A DNA stretch of 64,000 bases from Chrysomallon squamiferum (Eukaryota > Animalia > Mollusca). The notes under the pieces were generated by a model, which was given only the letters and a program-made list of their open reading frames with translations, did not search any database and was not told the DNA's origin. The stretch's first letter is position 1. Each line of letters opens with the position of its first letter. Position numbers and translations under genes: made by a program. Positions 29,351 to 43,422 of this stretch are shown here, piece by piece. Location: NCBI GenBank assembly GCA_012295275.1, contig CM022675.1, positions 9,238,001-9,302,000 of the forward strand. The letters are read 5' to 3'.

Positions 29351-29430
<80 letters not shown>
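29351..29430. repeat. (TC)40 microsatellite
   Basis: Direct reading. Confidence 0.95.
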
Positions 29431-29433
<3 letters not shown>

Positions 29434-29944
29434 TGGTCTTACTGTCTTAATCTTTCGGGCCAAGGTTACTCATCTTTTGTCTTAATAATGGAAGAATTTC
29501 ACCCATGTCAGGTATATATATATATACATACATCTGATTTAGCCAGGAAGAAGATGTTACAGGTATGCTATTTATTTTCCTGGCACAGACACACACACAC
29601 ATGGCATGATTACCTGTATAGTATGTCAAAAGGAAATTGTTTTGCTTAGGTGAACATTGTTGTTTCTCTTACCTGTTTTTCTTACACTTGTCGAGAAAGA
29701 TATAACAATAACAATAACAATACAGACTGATGTATGAAAGATGTAATAACAATGCTGGCTCTGGGATCCGTTGGTAATTATAAACAGAAATGTTTTCTGC
29801 AAATACTACTTCACAGTTCTATAGAAAGCTTTCTGTGAATGACATACAGAGTAAATATAAAGATTTTCTACAATTGTATTCTGTTGGGAATAATTCTTAA
29901 ACAGTATTTGTTATTTTGTTGTGGGGTTTTTTTTTGAGATACAA

Positions 29945-30410
29945 AATTTCAATTCTTAAGATATGATTAGAAACAATTTTCTAAAAATACAATAGGAAGT
30001 ATCTTGATAAGTAAATGGGAATATTTTCTTGAAAACAAATGGAATCTAGAATTTAAATAAGGATATTTTTCTAGAAAAACAACAGAATCTAGAATTTAAA
30101 TAAGGATATTTTCTAGAAATTAAATATTTAGAATCTTGATATGTAAGTAAGAAAATTGTCTAGAAATATAATATTTTTAATCTAGATGTTTAAATCAGAA
30201 TATTTTCTTGAAATCTGTTTATAAGTAATCTCGATATGTAAATAACAATATTTTAAAGAAATATAATATTTATAATCTTGATATGTAAATAGGATTATTT
30301 GCTAGAAATACATTTATAATCTTGATAAGTAAATGGGAATATTTTCTAGAAGCACAGTATTCATAATCTAAACATAAACAGGATTCTTTTTATAAAAAGT
30401 ATAATCTAGG
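29945..30410. repeat. Minisatellite, ~45 bp unit, about 9-10 copies
   Basis: AATCT(T/A)GA..T.TAAAT..GAATATTTTCTAGAAA recurs at ~30000, 30043, 30087, 30132, 30179, 30227, 30274, 30318. Confidence 0.85.
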
Positions 30411-32089
30411 TATTTCCTTTTTTTAATATTTTGATTATTTATTAAAACAGAAATAAGATATAACTAAATCCAGCCTAGGAATATTACATTTATTATGTCT
30501 ATAATTACCTATATTATTTACATACCTTTTTATTTATAACAAAGATAATAATTGGATTTTTTAAAATGTTCAGGAAAAGAATTAACTACTTTTGCACAGA
30601 TTTCTGTTTATTTTAAAAATATATCAAAATACTTGATAATTACCTGTAATGTATAACCTTTTTTTTTTTTTTACCTGTATCTTTAATTTTTTATTATTTT
30701 GGTGGAAATTGTGAATTTCAGTAATTGCAATAATTTTAGTAAAAAAATTATATTTTTTTAAAAATTGTTTGTAATTACTTGTTATATGAAAACTTTACTT
30801 GTTTTATACATTTATTATTAATGTTGTTTATTAATTATTTGCATAATTTTGAAAACAGTAGCAAGAAAAAATTCTTAATACCGGAATACTTGTCATATAT
30901 ATATATATATATATGTTTTTATTAATAGACATATTAATTTAAAATGTTTGAGTTGTGTATTAAAAATGTATGAAAATAAATGTTTAATTTTATACAGATT
31001 CTAAACAGTACTCATAATTATAAAAATTACTATAACAATTTGCTCTGTATACCTTTATACTATTATTATTTTTCCTTACTTCTAGTATTAATAAATTATT
31101 GTTTCTATTTATGAAAATTACGCCATTCTTATTTGTATAATTAGCATCATAAAATACTTTAATTACCTGAAAAGGTACATTTATTTCTTTCTTTTTTTCT
31201 TTAATATATATATATATATTTTTTTAAAGTTATGGTTTTAACATTTATTTATTTTTGCTACATGTAAAATGAAAGATTAATTATTAATCCATTTTATTGA
31301 TAATTAATAATTACAGCATTACTAATATAATTACTATAATTACTGCTATTACTTCTTCTTCTACTACTACTAAATACTAAATACCATCACTGTTATAACT
31401 ACTATAACTACTAATACTATGAATATTACTGCTACTACTACTATTATTACAATTACTGCTATAACTACTACAACTACTATCAGTGCAGTACCTAATACTA
31501 CTAGTACTTGTACAATTACTTCTATAACTACTACTACTACGACTACTACTACTACTACTACCACCGAGATGCACTTCTAGTACTATTCCAAGACGTTTTC
31601 GGTGTTCAAAGAGATAAACAAATTAGCCTGTTTTCTCTCTGTGTGGAGGAAAACAAAGAAACGTGGACAAGTCAGAGAAATCTGATCCTGTTTTAAACCC
31701 ACTGCAAACAGTAGGAGAAAACACATTATGTAATCATGTGCTTACATAACTCTGAAGCAAGCATCATGGTTCACAGAGGTCACACACTGAGAGGTAGAGG
31801 CCAAACCCCATGGCTAAGTTGATTTGCACGCTTCCTAACATTTATGTAATGGTGTTTAAGACTTCTTCTAGATGCTTCTGGATTTGAATTTAGGAAGTAC
31901 TGGAAAATATTAGATTTTTCTTCTATTTTTGGCCGTTAGTTTTTACGTAGTTAATTTGCCGGATTCTTAATAATATGCAGTGGAATTTACTTTTTAGATT
32001 TTAGAAGTTTGTGGAAATTTATTAAAATTATTTTGTATTATTTTTTTATTATTATTATTATTATTATTAGTAGTAGTAGTAGTAGTAGT

Positions 32090-32123
<34 letters not shown>

Positions 32124-32511
32124 TTTTTGCCCTAGTTTATTTTCATAGTTCTTAATAAATTATATGTAGAGGAATTTAAGAATTGGTTTTAGAGATTTTG
32201 GGATTGAAATCTGAGAAGGGCAGACAGAGTTTTTATTTTTGAATTTTTTTGAATTATTATTATTATATGTAGAAAATGGAATTTATGAATTTTTTTTTTT
32301 TAGAAGTATCACAATTTGATCTAAAGACCACAATCTAAATACTGCGTTTGTATGTGGAACTGATCTGCAGTAGATTAACTGTCCATTTGATGTAGATATA
32401 TTTATCATTTGTACTGAAGACATTTCTTTTAAATAAGATCCTGGTTTGTTACTGGAATTGCCATGGAACATTTTAAATGTCTGCTTTGTCTTTTGTTTCT
32501 CCCACCATCAG

Positions 32512-32551
32512 AATGTGGAACTGCTTCAAATAATTATCCCTGATGATGTAG
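32512..32551 (+). other. Candidate 40-nt internal exon
   Basis: Pyrimidine tract CTGCTTTGTCTTTTGTTTCTCCCACCATCAG, 40 nt (frame 0 open: NVELLQIIIPDDV), then consensus donor TAG|GTAAGT. Confidence 0.4.
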
Positions 32552-33420
32552 GTAAGTTTTTAAAAATTGTCATCAAAAGGGCGGAGTGCAATCAGAATAT
32601 TTACAAACTAATTTACAGCAGCATGGTGGTATTTTGTTAACACTCTTGGATGGTATTTAAAAAAAAAAAAAAAAAAGTTAAAATAATAATGAACTGTAAT
32701 ATTAAGTTTAAGTGAATTCATTTCAAACAGGATATGTGGATACCTATGTCACATGGTGTGTGTACTTTAGGCGAGACCGGTGTTGTTTTCGTTTGGTTTT
32801 GTATTATGCTAAGGAAATCAGAGACTAATTAAATGAAAGAAGAAACCAAAACTAAAAAAAAAAAAGAAAAAATTGTTTTTTGTTTTTTTTTAAAACCCTC
32901 ACAGAAACAAAAAACAAATAAAATAAATATTTAAATTTAAATGAAAAAAAAAAAAAAAAAGAAAGGAAGAATTTAAATTTTAAAATAAAAATTTAATAAA
33001 AATCAAAGAAAAAATGAACAGCGAAATACAGATTTATTTTATTTATTGGCTAATAAAATTTTATTTAAAAACCCCACAAAATGACAACAACAACAACAAC
33101 AAAAAACAAACAAACAACTACAAATCAAATACAAAAGACACCCCACCCTGTGAGTGGGAGGGCAAGAAATGTGAGAGGAAAAGAAAAACACAAAGAAAGG
33201 AAGATAGTTTTTACTTTTTTTGCAAAGTTGGCACTTTTACAAGAATTGAATCTTTTGATGAGAACAATTATTATTATTTTTTAATCTCTTATTGTTACTT
33301 AATGACAGAGATATTTAAATATTGGCACAGTTACTAGAATTGTATCTTCTGATAATCATAGAATTATTTCTTATATCTTATTATGAACAAAAGAGACAGA
33401 CAGTCTTATAGATATATGGA

Positions 33421-33425
<5 letters not shown>

Positions 33426-33512
<87 letters not shown>
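33426..33512. repeat. (GA)n microsatellite; second tract at 33610-33645
   Basis: Direct reading. Confidence 0.95.
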
Positions 33513-33515
<3 letters not shown>

Positions 33516-33605
33516 TAAAAATTTTTATTTTACAAAGTTGGCACATTAATTGTAATTGAATCTTTTACTAACACCTTTGTTGAATAGAATTATTTCTTTG
33601 TTTTC

Positions 33606-33648
<43 letters not shown>

Positions 33649-33904
33649 CAGAATCAGCAGAATTATCATAATTTTCTTTGTTCACAAAATATTGGCAGGG
33701 ATTCTGTGACAGACTCTTTTAATGATACCTTTGTGGAGTGGAAATATTTCTTATCTTGTACCACTGCATGCTAATGACTCTACCAGACTTTTGCCTGAAT
33801 GTGTCGCAAGTCTTTCTGTGTCCTTTCATGTAGTCCATACTTATCATCAGTTACCCAGTAAGCTTATCTCGCAGGTTTATGCACAGCTAATGAAGCATGA
33901 CCCG

Positions 33905-34275
33905 AATCTCGTTATGTCATCCTGTTCTTGTTTTCCAGTTTGAGGTTCTGGTAAATGAAGAAATTGTGTCTGTCGTTGTAATACTGGTGTAGTTGTGTAG
34001 TAGTGCTGGACGTGGGCAGTTGAATAATACAGGTGAATTAAGATGACAAGGAGTCAGTGATTTAATAATGAATGAATGAATGAATAAGGAATGAATAAAT
34101 CTCGGTTATGTCATCCTGTTCTTGTTTTACAGTTTGAGGTTCTGGTAACTGAAGAAATTGTGTCTGTCGTTGTAATACTGGTGTAGTTGTGTATTGCTGT
34201 ATATGGGTAGCTGAATAATACAAGTGAATTAAGATGATAAGGAGTAAGTGATTTAATAATGAATGAATGAATAAG
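33905..34275. repeat. Tandem duplication, period 193 bp
   Basis: AATCTC(G)GTTATGTCATCCTGTTCTTG...GAAGAAATTGTGTCTGTCGTTGTAATACTGG at 33905 and 34098; each unit ends in (GAAT)n. Confidence 0.95.
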
Positions 34276-34826
34276 GAAAGAATAAATAATGAATGAATGA
34301 ATAAATGAATATGGAGTGAATAAATAAAGGAATAAGGAATAAATATAAGAATAAATAAATGAATAAGGATGGAATAAATTAATTAGGAATAAATAAATTA
34401 ATAAGGAATGAATGTAAATTATAAAATAATTAATAAATAAATTAATAAATGAACAAAAACTACTAAGTATATAAATAATTGGATTGGTGAATCAATGTTT
34501 GAATAATATAATAATTGAATGACTTGGGCAATAAATACATAAATGTTGTAAAATTTTATTAATTTTTTTGTAAGTGTATTTATAATAATACATGTCATCT
34601 TCTACTAGTATAAAAAAAAAAAACCCCACTCCCAGTCAAAACCTTCTTTCAGTAGAAAAATAACCTCTGTTATAAAATAGCATATTCATAGAACTCTTTG
34701 AATCTCATTTACATAATGTGTAATACAAAGGGTATTACATTTCACAGGTCCACTTAAAATGCTCCAACTCAGAATCTTGTAATATGAAACATTCAGTATC
34801 TGAATTCAATTTTTTTGAAATGCCCA

Positions 34827-34853
34827 TTAACTTTGACCCGAGGTCAGGGGTCG
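34827..34853. promoter_or_regulatory. Two back-to-back DR1-type nuclear receptor elements
   Basis: TTAACTTTGACCC (reverse DR1), G, then AGGTCA-G-GGGTCG (forward DR1). Confidence 0.45.
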
Positions 34854-35632
34854 TGTCATCGACCTATAGCTGGCTTGTGTCAAGTTGTGGAACTGTGCAG
34901 TAATAAAGTTTTCTTCATAGGAGATTTAAAAATAAATGTTCAGGACATAACACTTGAACTTAAAGACAGATAGAATCTGAATGCATGTATGTAAACCTAA
35001 TCTTTTCTTCCCCTTCAATATACATAACACATGATAACAATAAACCTTTAAAACAAATAAGTCTGTTTTCTTCTTAATCTCTTCTTACACCAACATCTGG
35101 TCCTTAATCCAGTCTTAAGTGTGGTCATCATCAGCATGGATGTGTGTGTGGGGGAGAAACAAAGGCAGGGGGAGGCCAAGAGTTATATCATTTACCGAAA
35201 CTGTAAATAAAGAGTTATTATCTTTATCCCTGGCCTGGCTCTTAACAAGATTAATTCATGTGTAATTGTGCCAGAGATTTTGGCAGCCGGAGAAAATCCT
35301 ATTGGCTTTTATTTTTTTTTTTTTTTTTTTGTATGTTTGTTTGTTCTCTCCTTCTTCTTCTCCTCCTCAGGCTTCCTGGTTTTGGAGACCAGGATGTGTG
35401 GACAGGGAGTCAGAAGATTCTCTGTGACATTAAGTATACGTTTCCTGGTTTCAAGGTGTTGGCAAGGTGATTATGTAACAATAGATGGTGCTTATCCTGT
35501 TTGTAAAAGGTTTTATCCGGTTACAAACTTTTCCCGTAATTTTAACTAGTTTGTAATCCTAATGTCATTTTTTTCTTTCTGGTTTTGTTGGTTCTTTTAT
35601 CTTCAAATTAAAGAGTGAAAAAGAAATGGTCA

Positions 35633-35687
<55 letters not shown>

Positions 35688-36000
35688 GATCTATAATAGT
35701 AAGTAATAATAATAATAACAATTCTTTAAAAAGAATAAAATATATAACAGATAAATGTTTATTAAAATAAAATCATAAGAATAATAATAATAGATCTATA
35801 ATAGTAAGTAAATAAATAATACCAAAAAGAGAAAAATTACCTACCTAAGAGATAATATTTTAATTGTAAAATTAAACATATATTTTTTTTAAATAAATAA
35901 AATAAAAAAAAATAAATAAAAAGGAGGAAAAGGATCTAATACCTAAGCTCTAGCTAATATTTTAAGTGGAACATTAGATGTATGAATTATAAATAAATTA

Positions 36001-36031
<31 letters not shown>

Positions 36032-36372
36032 ATAGAAACAAATAATTGGAATAACAAGAAGAAGAAATAAAAATGACAAAGTAAATTTTTAGCATCGACT
36101 ACTGCGACAGCTGATCCTGACATTTAAAAGTATCTGATTGTCTCGTCCAATTTGCTGAGGTGTCTCGCACAATTAACAAATGTTTTTGTGTCCATCTCAC
36201 CACTCAAAGTGAACTTTTAATAATTGCCAGTGATTTCTGATGAGTCACTGTGTCCCATACTAATTACCATAAGCATATTCGTCATTTCATTTGTAGTAAC
36301 AGTGGCATGGATTTTGATTTTGGTTGGATTTCTTTTTTCTTTTCTTATTTTTAAATTTTATTATTATTATTA

Positions 36373-36429
<57 letters not shown>

Positions 36430-37171
36430 TATAAATACATTTTTTTATGTGTTTTGTTTTTGTTAATAAATACTTAATAAATTCTTTTAAAAAAAAAAAA
36501 TTTTAATTTAAATAAGGTGAAAAAAAAAATAAGATTTCTTTTTTGTGTGTTTTAAATTTATTTTTTTTCAAATAGGATAGTTGTTTTTTGTTTGTATGAT
36601 GATGCCTTTTAGATTTCATTCTTTAATTAAAAAAAGACAAAAAGATAAAAAAATAAAAATAAAAGGCTTAAAAAATCGATTCAAAAAAAAAGTAATACAG
36701 AAAAAAAGAATAAAAAAAGAAAAATAAAGCTTTTATTAAAAAATTAAAAAAATTAAAAAAGGAATCCAAACATTTAGAATTTTGTTTAATTATTTTATTG
36801 TTTGAAGGAATTGTGTAAGAAAAAATTAAAATAAAAACGATTTTTTTTTTTTTTTCCATTCCTAAATAAGAAACAGAATTTTAAAAAACAGTTTTAATGA
36901 GGAAAACTTCATTTAATATATTAATAAAAATTCATCATTCTTATTTTCTTTGTCCATATATTTGAAAATTTTCATAATAATAAATATAACAAATAATAAT
37001 AATAAAAACCAACAAAAACAAATAACAACAGTAACAATAAATATAAAAAATAAGTAAATAAATATAAATGAAAAATGAAATAAACTAATAAAAATTAGAA
37101 ATTAAAATCAAATAAAATTTGGTTAGAAAATATTTACTGTTGTTAATTATTTTTGCTATTGTTATTATTAC

Positions 37172-37211
<40 letters not shown>

Positions 37212-38142
37212 TAATTAATATTTCTGTTATTATTAATTAATTAATTCATTAATTCATTCATTCAGTGTTTGATTTTTAATGAAGAATTTACGTTTCTGTG
37301 TATATGTACAGATACATGCATACACATGTGTCTTCTGTTTGAAGGAGCTCATATTTGTATTTCGTAACTGATAATTACAATAAATATCCATTATTGTTAA
37401 TGATTAAGAACCACAACTATCTTGAAAGCACTATCACAGAGCAATGGTGTGAACAGGAAATAGCTCATTGGATGTACTACAGAGAACTGATCCCATGACA
37501 CATCAGCACAGCAATCTCGAAACAAATTAAAAAAGGTGAAGAAGAAAGATAAAAGAAAAAGAAAAAAAAACGACGACAATTTTGTCTTGTTATGCAAATT
37601 TCACAGATTGCTATCAATTTATTAAAAATGATGTCATCAGAATCTGTTTCTCAATCTAACTCGAGAAATCTTTCTTTGACAAAGAATTAAAAAAAACCCA
37701 AAAACTATGTTACAAATACAGAATCTTTATTTTTATTTTATTTAATTTTTTTTTTTAACAATTTTTTGTGTTGTTGTATACTTCCATCCTTGATGTAACT
37801 GGAACAAAACGTTCTTCAGAAAGCTTGATGGATTAATTCAGTAAGATAGTTTTTTTGTCGTGAACCGTGGGTATGCAAATACGCTTTGTGCGTCTGAGAG
37901 CCAATTTCCTGATCGCCAAGCCAGAGAAGAAAATGAAGAATTTTAAAAGCAACGTAGATCAGATGGCAGCTTCCTAATCAGATAAAAAGACAGCTCCATT
38001 GAATTCTATCTTTTAATTAATCTGTCTCTTTATTTTATTGTGTTTGTTTTTGTTGTTTTTATTTTTTTGTTTTTTGTTTTGTTTTGTTTGTAGCTACCAC
38101 ATTGTCAAGAAGTGTCCTTTTGTAAATGACAGCAGTTAAATT

Positions 38143-38183
<41 letters not shown>

Positions 38184-38723
38184 CTTTCTTTCTTTCGTTA
38201 TTTCTCTTTGTCTTCCCTTTTTTTCTTTATTTCATTTGTCAGTGCTCTCATTCTTCTACATAGATTAGATCATTTATATAAATGTCAGAAATGATTGTGT
38301 GTGTGTGTATATATAAGATTTTATAATAATATACTAATACTACTTTGATTACAGTAATTTTCATTTGACTATTACCTCAACTACTACAACAACTGTTACT
38401 ATTACTGCTGTAACTGTTAGTATTATTACAACTATATTACTTTTACTATTACTACTTAACTATCACTATTATTATTATAATGATTGCTATTACTATTATA
38501 ATTACTTATTTTTGCTGCCATTACTACCACTGCCATCATTACAACTATTTCAATTATTACAACTACTACTACCACTAATACTACAACTACTGCTGCTGTT
38601 TCTACTATAACCAGTGTGACAAAAATATTAAGTAAAATATAGAAATAAAAAATAAAAAAAATAATAATAATCAAAATTAATAGGTAAAAATGATAATGTA
38701 AATGAATAATGTGAATGAATAAT

Positions 38724-38754
<31 letters not shown>

Positions 38755-39240
38755 TATATAAATAAATATATATATAAATATATAAATAAATAAAAATGAC
38801 AAATAACCAAATAAATCATTCAGTCAACATTTTATTAGGAGTAAATACATTCTTCTTCTGAAACATCTCTTGGCTATGAATCACGGTCTCTTGTATCCCC
38901 ACCCCCCCATCTCAGAACCTCCACCCCTACCTACCCCGTCAAATTTCTAGCCTCATCTTTTTAACCAGTGGCACACTTCCACATCATGTCAAGCAACTGC
39001 ATGCCACACTGCCACACGTCTCTCTCCAAATGTGACAACAAACAACGAATTGTTTTCTTTGTTTGTCCTGCAGAGTGGGGTCTCTGGTGGGTTGCTTTAC
39101 AGATGGGTTCTCCTGTTCCGAATCTCCAGAGTAACCTACGAATTACCTGCCATCCCAAGGGCCCTCTTCTTCTCCGAAAAGGTGTCTGGATTGACCAGGT
39201 GTTAAATTAGCACAGGACTCCTTAATTGGCATCGTCCACA

Positions 39241-39254
39241 CTGCCCTCTGGTGG
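39241..39254 (-). promoter_or_regulatory. CTCF core motif CCACCAGAGGGCAG
   Basis: 14/14 match to CCRSYAGRKGGCRS on the minus strand, followed by TG. Confidence 0.65.
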
Positions 39255-40178
39255 TGAGAAGGGTAGAGAGATTTTCGAGAGTGTGGAAGTGTCGATTGAT
39301 TAGGATTTAAAATGATGATGATGATAGTAATGATTGTAAAAATGAAAAAATAAAAAATAATAATAAATAAATAAATAAGGAAGAAAAGAAAAGTAATCTG
39401 AAAAAGAATTTAAAACAAAGAAAACAGCACATATACAAAATATATCCCTGACACACACACACACACACACTTTTATACAAAGAAAAATTTCATTCATTCC
39501 AGGCACATTCAGTAACAAGCAATGAAATCCAGAATCTTCCAAAAACAAAACATATCAGTTTAAGCATCCTTACAACATAATCTCTAACATTAGACTCCCT
39601 GCCAACATCATTATCTTTTGACATCTGCAACTACAACAGCATAATCCTAACAATCGAGAAGAACGTTGTGATTGTGAAGGGATTAAACATATTTACAGGA
39701 GAAAAAAAAAAGCTGCAATGTAAAACAGCATATTTCTAAACATACATACCTTGCACCTTAATTACCTTTCTCCTCCATACCTTGCACCTTAATTATCTGT
39801 CTTTTCTGTCACCTGTAATTGGCACCTTTCATCCATGACAGAGATAATACCTTTAATTTATTAGACAGTGATGCATGGAAGAAGATTTGTTAAAAAATTG
39901 CTTCTTAAATTATTGATAAACTGGCAATTTAGGGATCCAGCCTTGACGGCCCATAAATTAAAAAGATTTTGTTTTTTGTAATTTAAAATTATTTTGTGAT
40001 TTAGATACTCTTTTTTTGTGTGTGTGTGTGTGTGTGTGTGTTGTTTTAATAAATATAAGTATTTGATTTGCTTTATCTTATGTAAAAACTGACTGTTTTT
40101 TCTTTTTTTTATTTCATTTCTTTTTTCATTTCTCTTGCTTTCACTTTCCTTCCTTCCTTCTGTTATATATCTGTGTCC

Positions 40179-40251
<73 letters not shown>

Positions 40252-40877
40252 TTACTCTTTCTCTTCCCCTCCCCCTTTTTATTTTCTCCTTCAGTTTCTC
40301 TTTAACACAAATTGTTCCATTCTAAATTTAACCTAATGGACTAAAGCCTTTGTTACGCATGCATTTTATATTGGCTTAATTAAAACAAGTAATTCACTAG
40401 ATGTCTAGAATTTTTTTTTAAATACTTGCTAATTGCTACTGCAGTGACAGATACCCAGCAGTGATTATAAGAAATAAGTGGTATAAACACGCCTATAATA
40501 ACACCAATCAATGAGATGTACGATGATCAATTTATCACCCCAGTGAATAAATACCGTACTGTCTGCAGTAAAGGTGCATTACAACAGGGCAACTTTTAAA
40601 ATACAGTTTTCCAAATATGTATCCGTTATCTGCTGTGTTTCACTGAAAAGATGCTTTATGTTTAAATTTATAAATGTCAGAAAGGCAATTTGTAACTGTC
40701 ATAATCTCTTTGTTCATCTGCCTTTACAGGGATGGATCTCACAAAAGAGTTGGATCATGTGAAAATACCTTTATCTATCTAAATATAGTAATCGTGTTAG
40801 CTATTTTATATAAATGTTACAGACACTTGTCATCTGTGAATGGTTTATTGTTGTTTTAAATGTTAAATTACTTACAA

Positions 40878-41530
40878 AACTAAAATTACATTGTATGACA
40901 ACATCTTTACCTAAATGTAATGTCTAGGTAACTTGTAAAAACTATAACTGCACTGTATGAAAGCACCATTGCCTTAAGATAATGTTTTGATTACTTGGTT
41001 AAACTAAAATAACATTGTATGATAGTACCTTTAAACTAATTAAAATTGTAACTTAGAATTACACTGTATGACAAAACCTTTGCTTAAAGGTAGTGTCTAT
41101 CTATCTTAGAGAAACTAAATTGCATTTTATAACAGCACCTTTAACTAAAGGTGACTTTCTGTATAATGTCTTGGTAATTTACTGTAAATAAAATTGCACT
41201 GTTTGACAACACCTTTTGCTAAAGGTAATGATTAGATGACTACCACAGCTTTATTTCAAGAAACCATGTGTAGGTGTCTTTTAAACAAAACAATGCATTG
41301 TATGAGAAAACCTTTACCTAAAGGCGTTACCTTGGTGACATACTGTAACCAAAATTGCACTGTATGACAACACCTTTACCTTAAGATGATATCTCTGTGA
41401 CTCTCTGTAAAATGACTAACATGTAAAATTAAATTGCACTGTATGGCAACACCTTTACCTGTGACTCTCTGTATTAATGACTAACTGTAACTAAAACTGC
41501 ACTGTATGGCAACACCTTTACCTAAAGGTA
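40878..41530. repeat. Ten-unit array: ~38-bp conserved core plus variable linkers
   Basis: Core AAATTGCACTGTATGACAACACCTTTACCTAAAGGT at ~40880, 40941, 41003, 41055, 41114, 41189, 41290, 41350, 41429, 41491. Confidence 0.9.
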
Positions 41531-43422
41531 GAGAGTCTAGGTGATTGTCAGAAAATGAAGGGCCTCTAGGTATTGGTGTCATCCTTTTGAGCAAGGTGAT
41601 AATTTGGATGGAAGACGTGTGCCGGAGATCATTAAGTGAACTCAGGTGACTAGGACTTGGCAAGTTTCCTCATTAGAAAGTGGCTGCAGGCAATTCACGG
41701 TTTTAGTTCCTGCCCTTTTTCCTTGAGCCGTTATTTGACGATGTTGTTTGAAACCAAACGAGTCAGACGACAGTTTACTGTTGTCGTTTTTTTTTTGACG
41801 AAATGTTGAAATTTTCTTTTACGAGAAATGTTTTTGTTACAGTTAGAAATTATTCCGTAATCGTTGTTGTTGTTGTTGTTGTTGTTGTGGGTGTTGTGTT
41901 GTTGTGGTTGTTGTGGTAGTTGCTGTTTTGATGATTTTATTCAAAACTAAGCTGAAAGATTGTTGGTTTACAGTTCATGTTTTGTGGAAGTATTTAAATC
42001 TTCTGAGAAATGTTTTTGTTAAGATTGTATTTTTATTATATGCTTATTCTTATTCGAAATTCTTTATTTTTATTATTACTAGGAATGCTTTATTAATTAT
42101 TACGATTTATTAATCATTACTAATTAATTATTATTATTATCATTATCATCATCATCATCATTATTATTATTATTTCCAAAATGTTTTATTTTATTATTTT
42201 TCTCTGTGTACATTACACACAAACTTTGTATCACTTGCAGTTGTTTAAAGCATAAATATCCGACAATATGACATACTGATTTTGAAGATACAGTTAAAAA
42301 TTAAATTTACAAAACTTTTTATAAAGAATGACAAGATTTTGTTTGGCAAATTATTAAATTTCATTTTACTCCACTCCTTGACAACTTCAAATCTCCCGTT
42401 TTCCCAATATTCCACAAAGAGCTTTACCATGTCCTGACCGATTCGTCAGCCAGTTTTAACAATAACCGTAAATTATTTATGAGTCTTGGGGTTCTGGGGG
42501 TTCAGGTTGTTTCCCTCCAAGGATCACAACACCTGTCTCCATGGCGATTGACCACTTTAACATTGGCCCGTCCACTTTAACACCCAGGCACTTTCTGGCT
42601 AACCTATGTCCAGGCTATGTGATTGATGTCCAGGGCTGGATCCGAAGGCAAAACGTAAATAAATAAATACATACACTGTTCATTAATGGTGTTATACCTC
42701 CTTGCATTTGATTTATTCAGTTTAGACTTTTCTTTTCCCCATTTTTTCCTTGCCTGTTTAGATGGAGCTTGTGTTTCCCAGATGGTTGGCAGGATAATGG
42801 TTGATGATGATGCTGTAACTACTCTTCTTTCGTGGTTGAGTGGTTGATTGGGTGGGGATATGGGTCATGTGATACATCTGAATGGTTAATGTGTAGCATG
42901 TGATGTTGTATCTGACTTTCTTGCATGGTTGAGTAACCATTGTTGTAAATCAAATGGATGCAATAATTATGCTTCTGGCATGGTTGAATGGTTGATGTTT
43001 TTGTAAGTCATTTTCTGGAAATGGCTGGTGTTATATCATATGAAATTGTATTTAAACTCCTTTCATGCCTGAATGCACTGGCTACTTTTCTGGCATGGTT
43101 GACTGGTTGATTTTGGTGTATACCATGTGGTATTGTGACTACCTTTTCTTCATGGATGAACAGTTGATATTGATATGCATCTTGCATTAATGGAACTAAC
43201 CTTTTGAAAGAACAGAAATTTAATATGAACAGGAATGGAAATATATATCATAAAATGGAAATTAAATAAATAAATAATAATACTAGCAGTGGTAGAGGTA
43301 ACTGTAGTGGTAGTATTAGTAGTAGTAGTAGTAGATGTAGTCATAGCAGTAGCAGCAGCAGTGGTGGTGGTAGTAGCAGTGATAATGTCAATAATTACTA
43401 TTGACATTAATGTCACTACTAT

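Noticed and set aside
41352-41375. AATTGCAC miR-92-like seed in the array core
   Set aside because: Only the first ~9 nt resemble miR-92; the rest does not match and no pre-miRNA stem is evident.
40878-41530. CRISPR array interpretation
   Set aside because: Repeats are diverged, linkers vary widely in length and are partly related to each other, there are no cas genes, and the context is eukaryotic.
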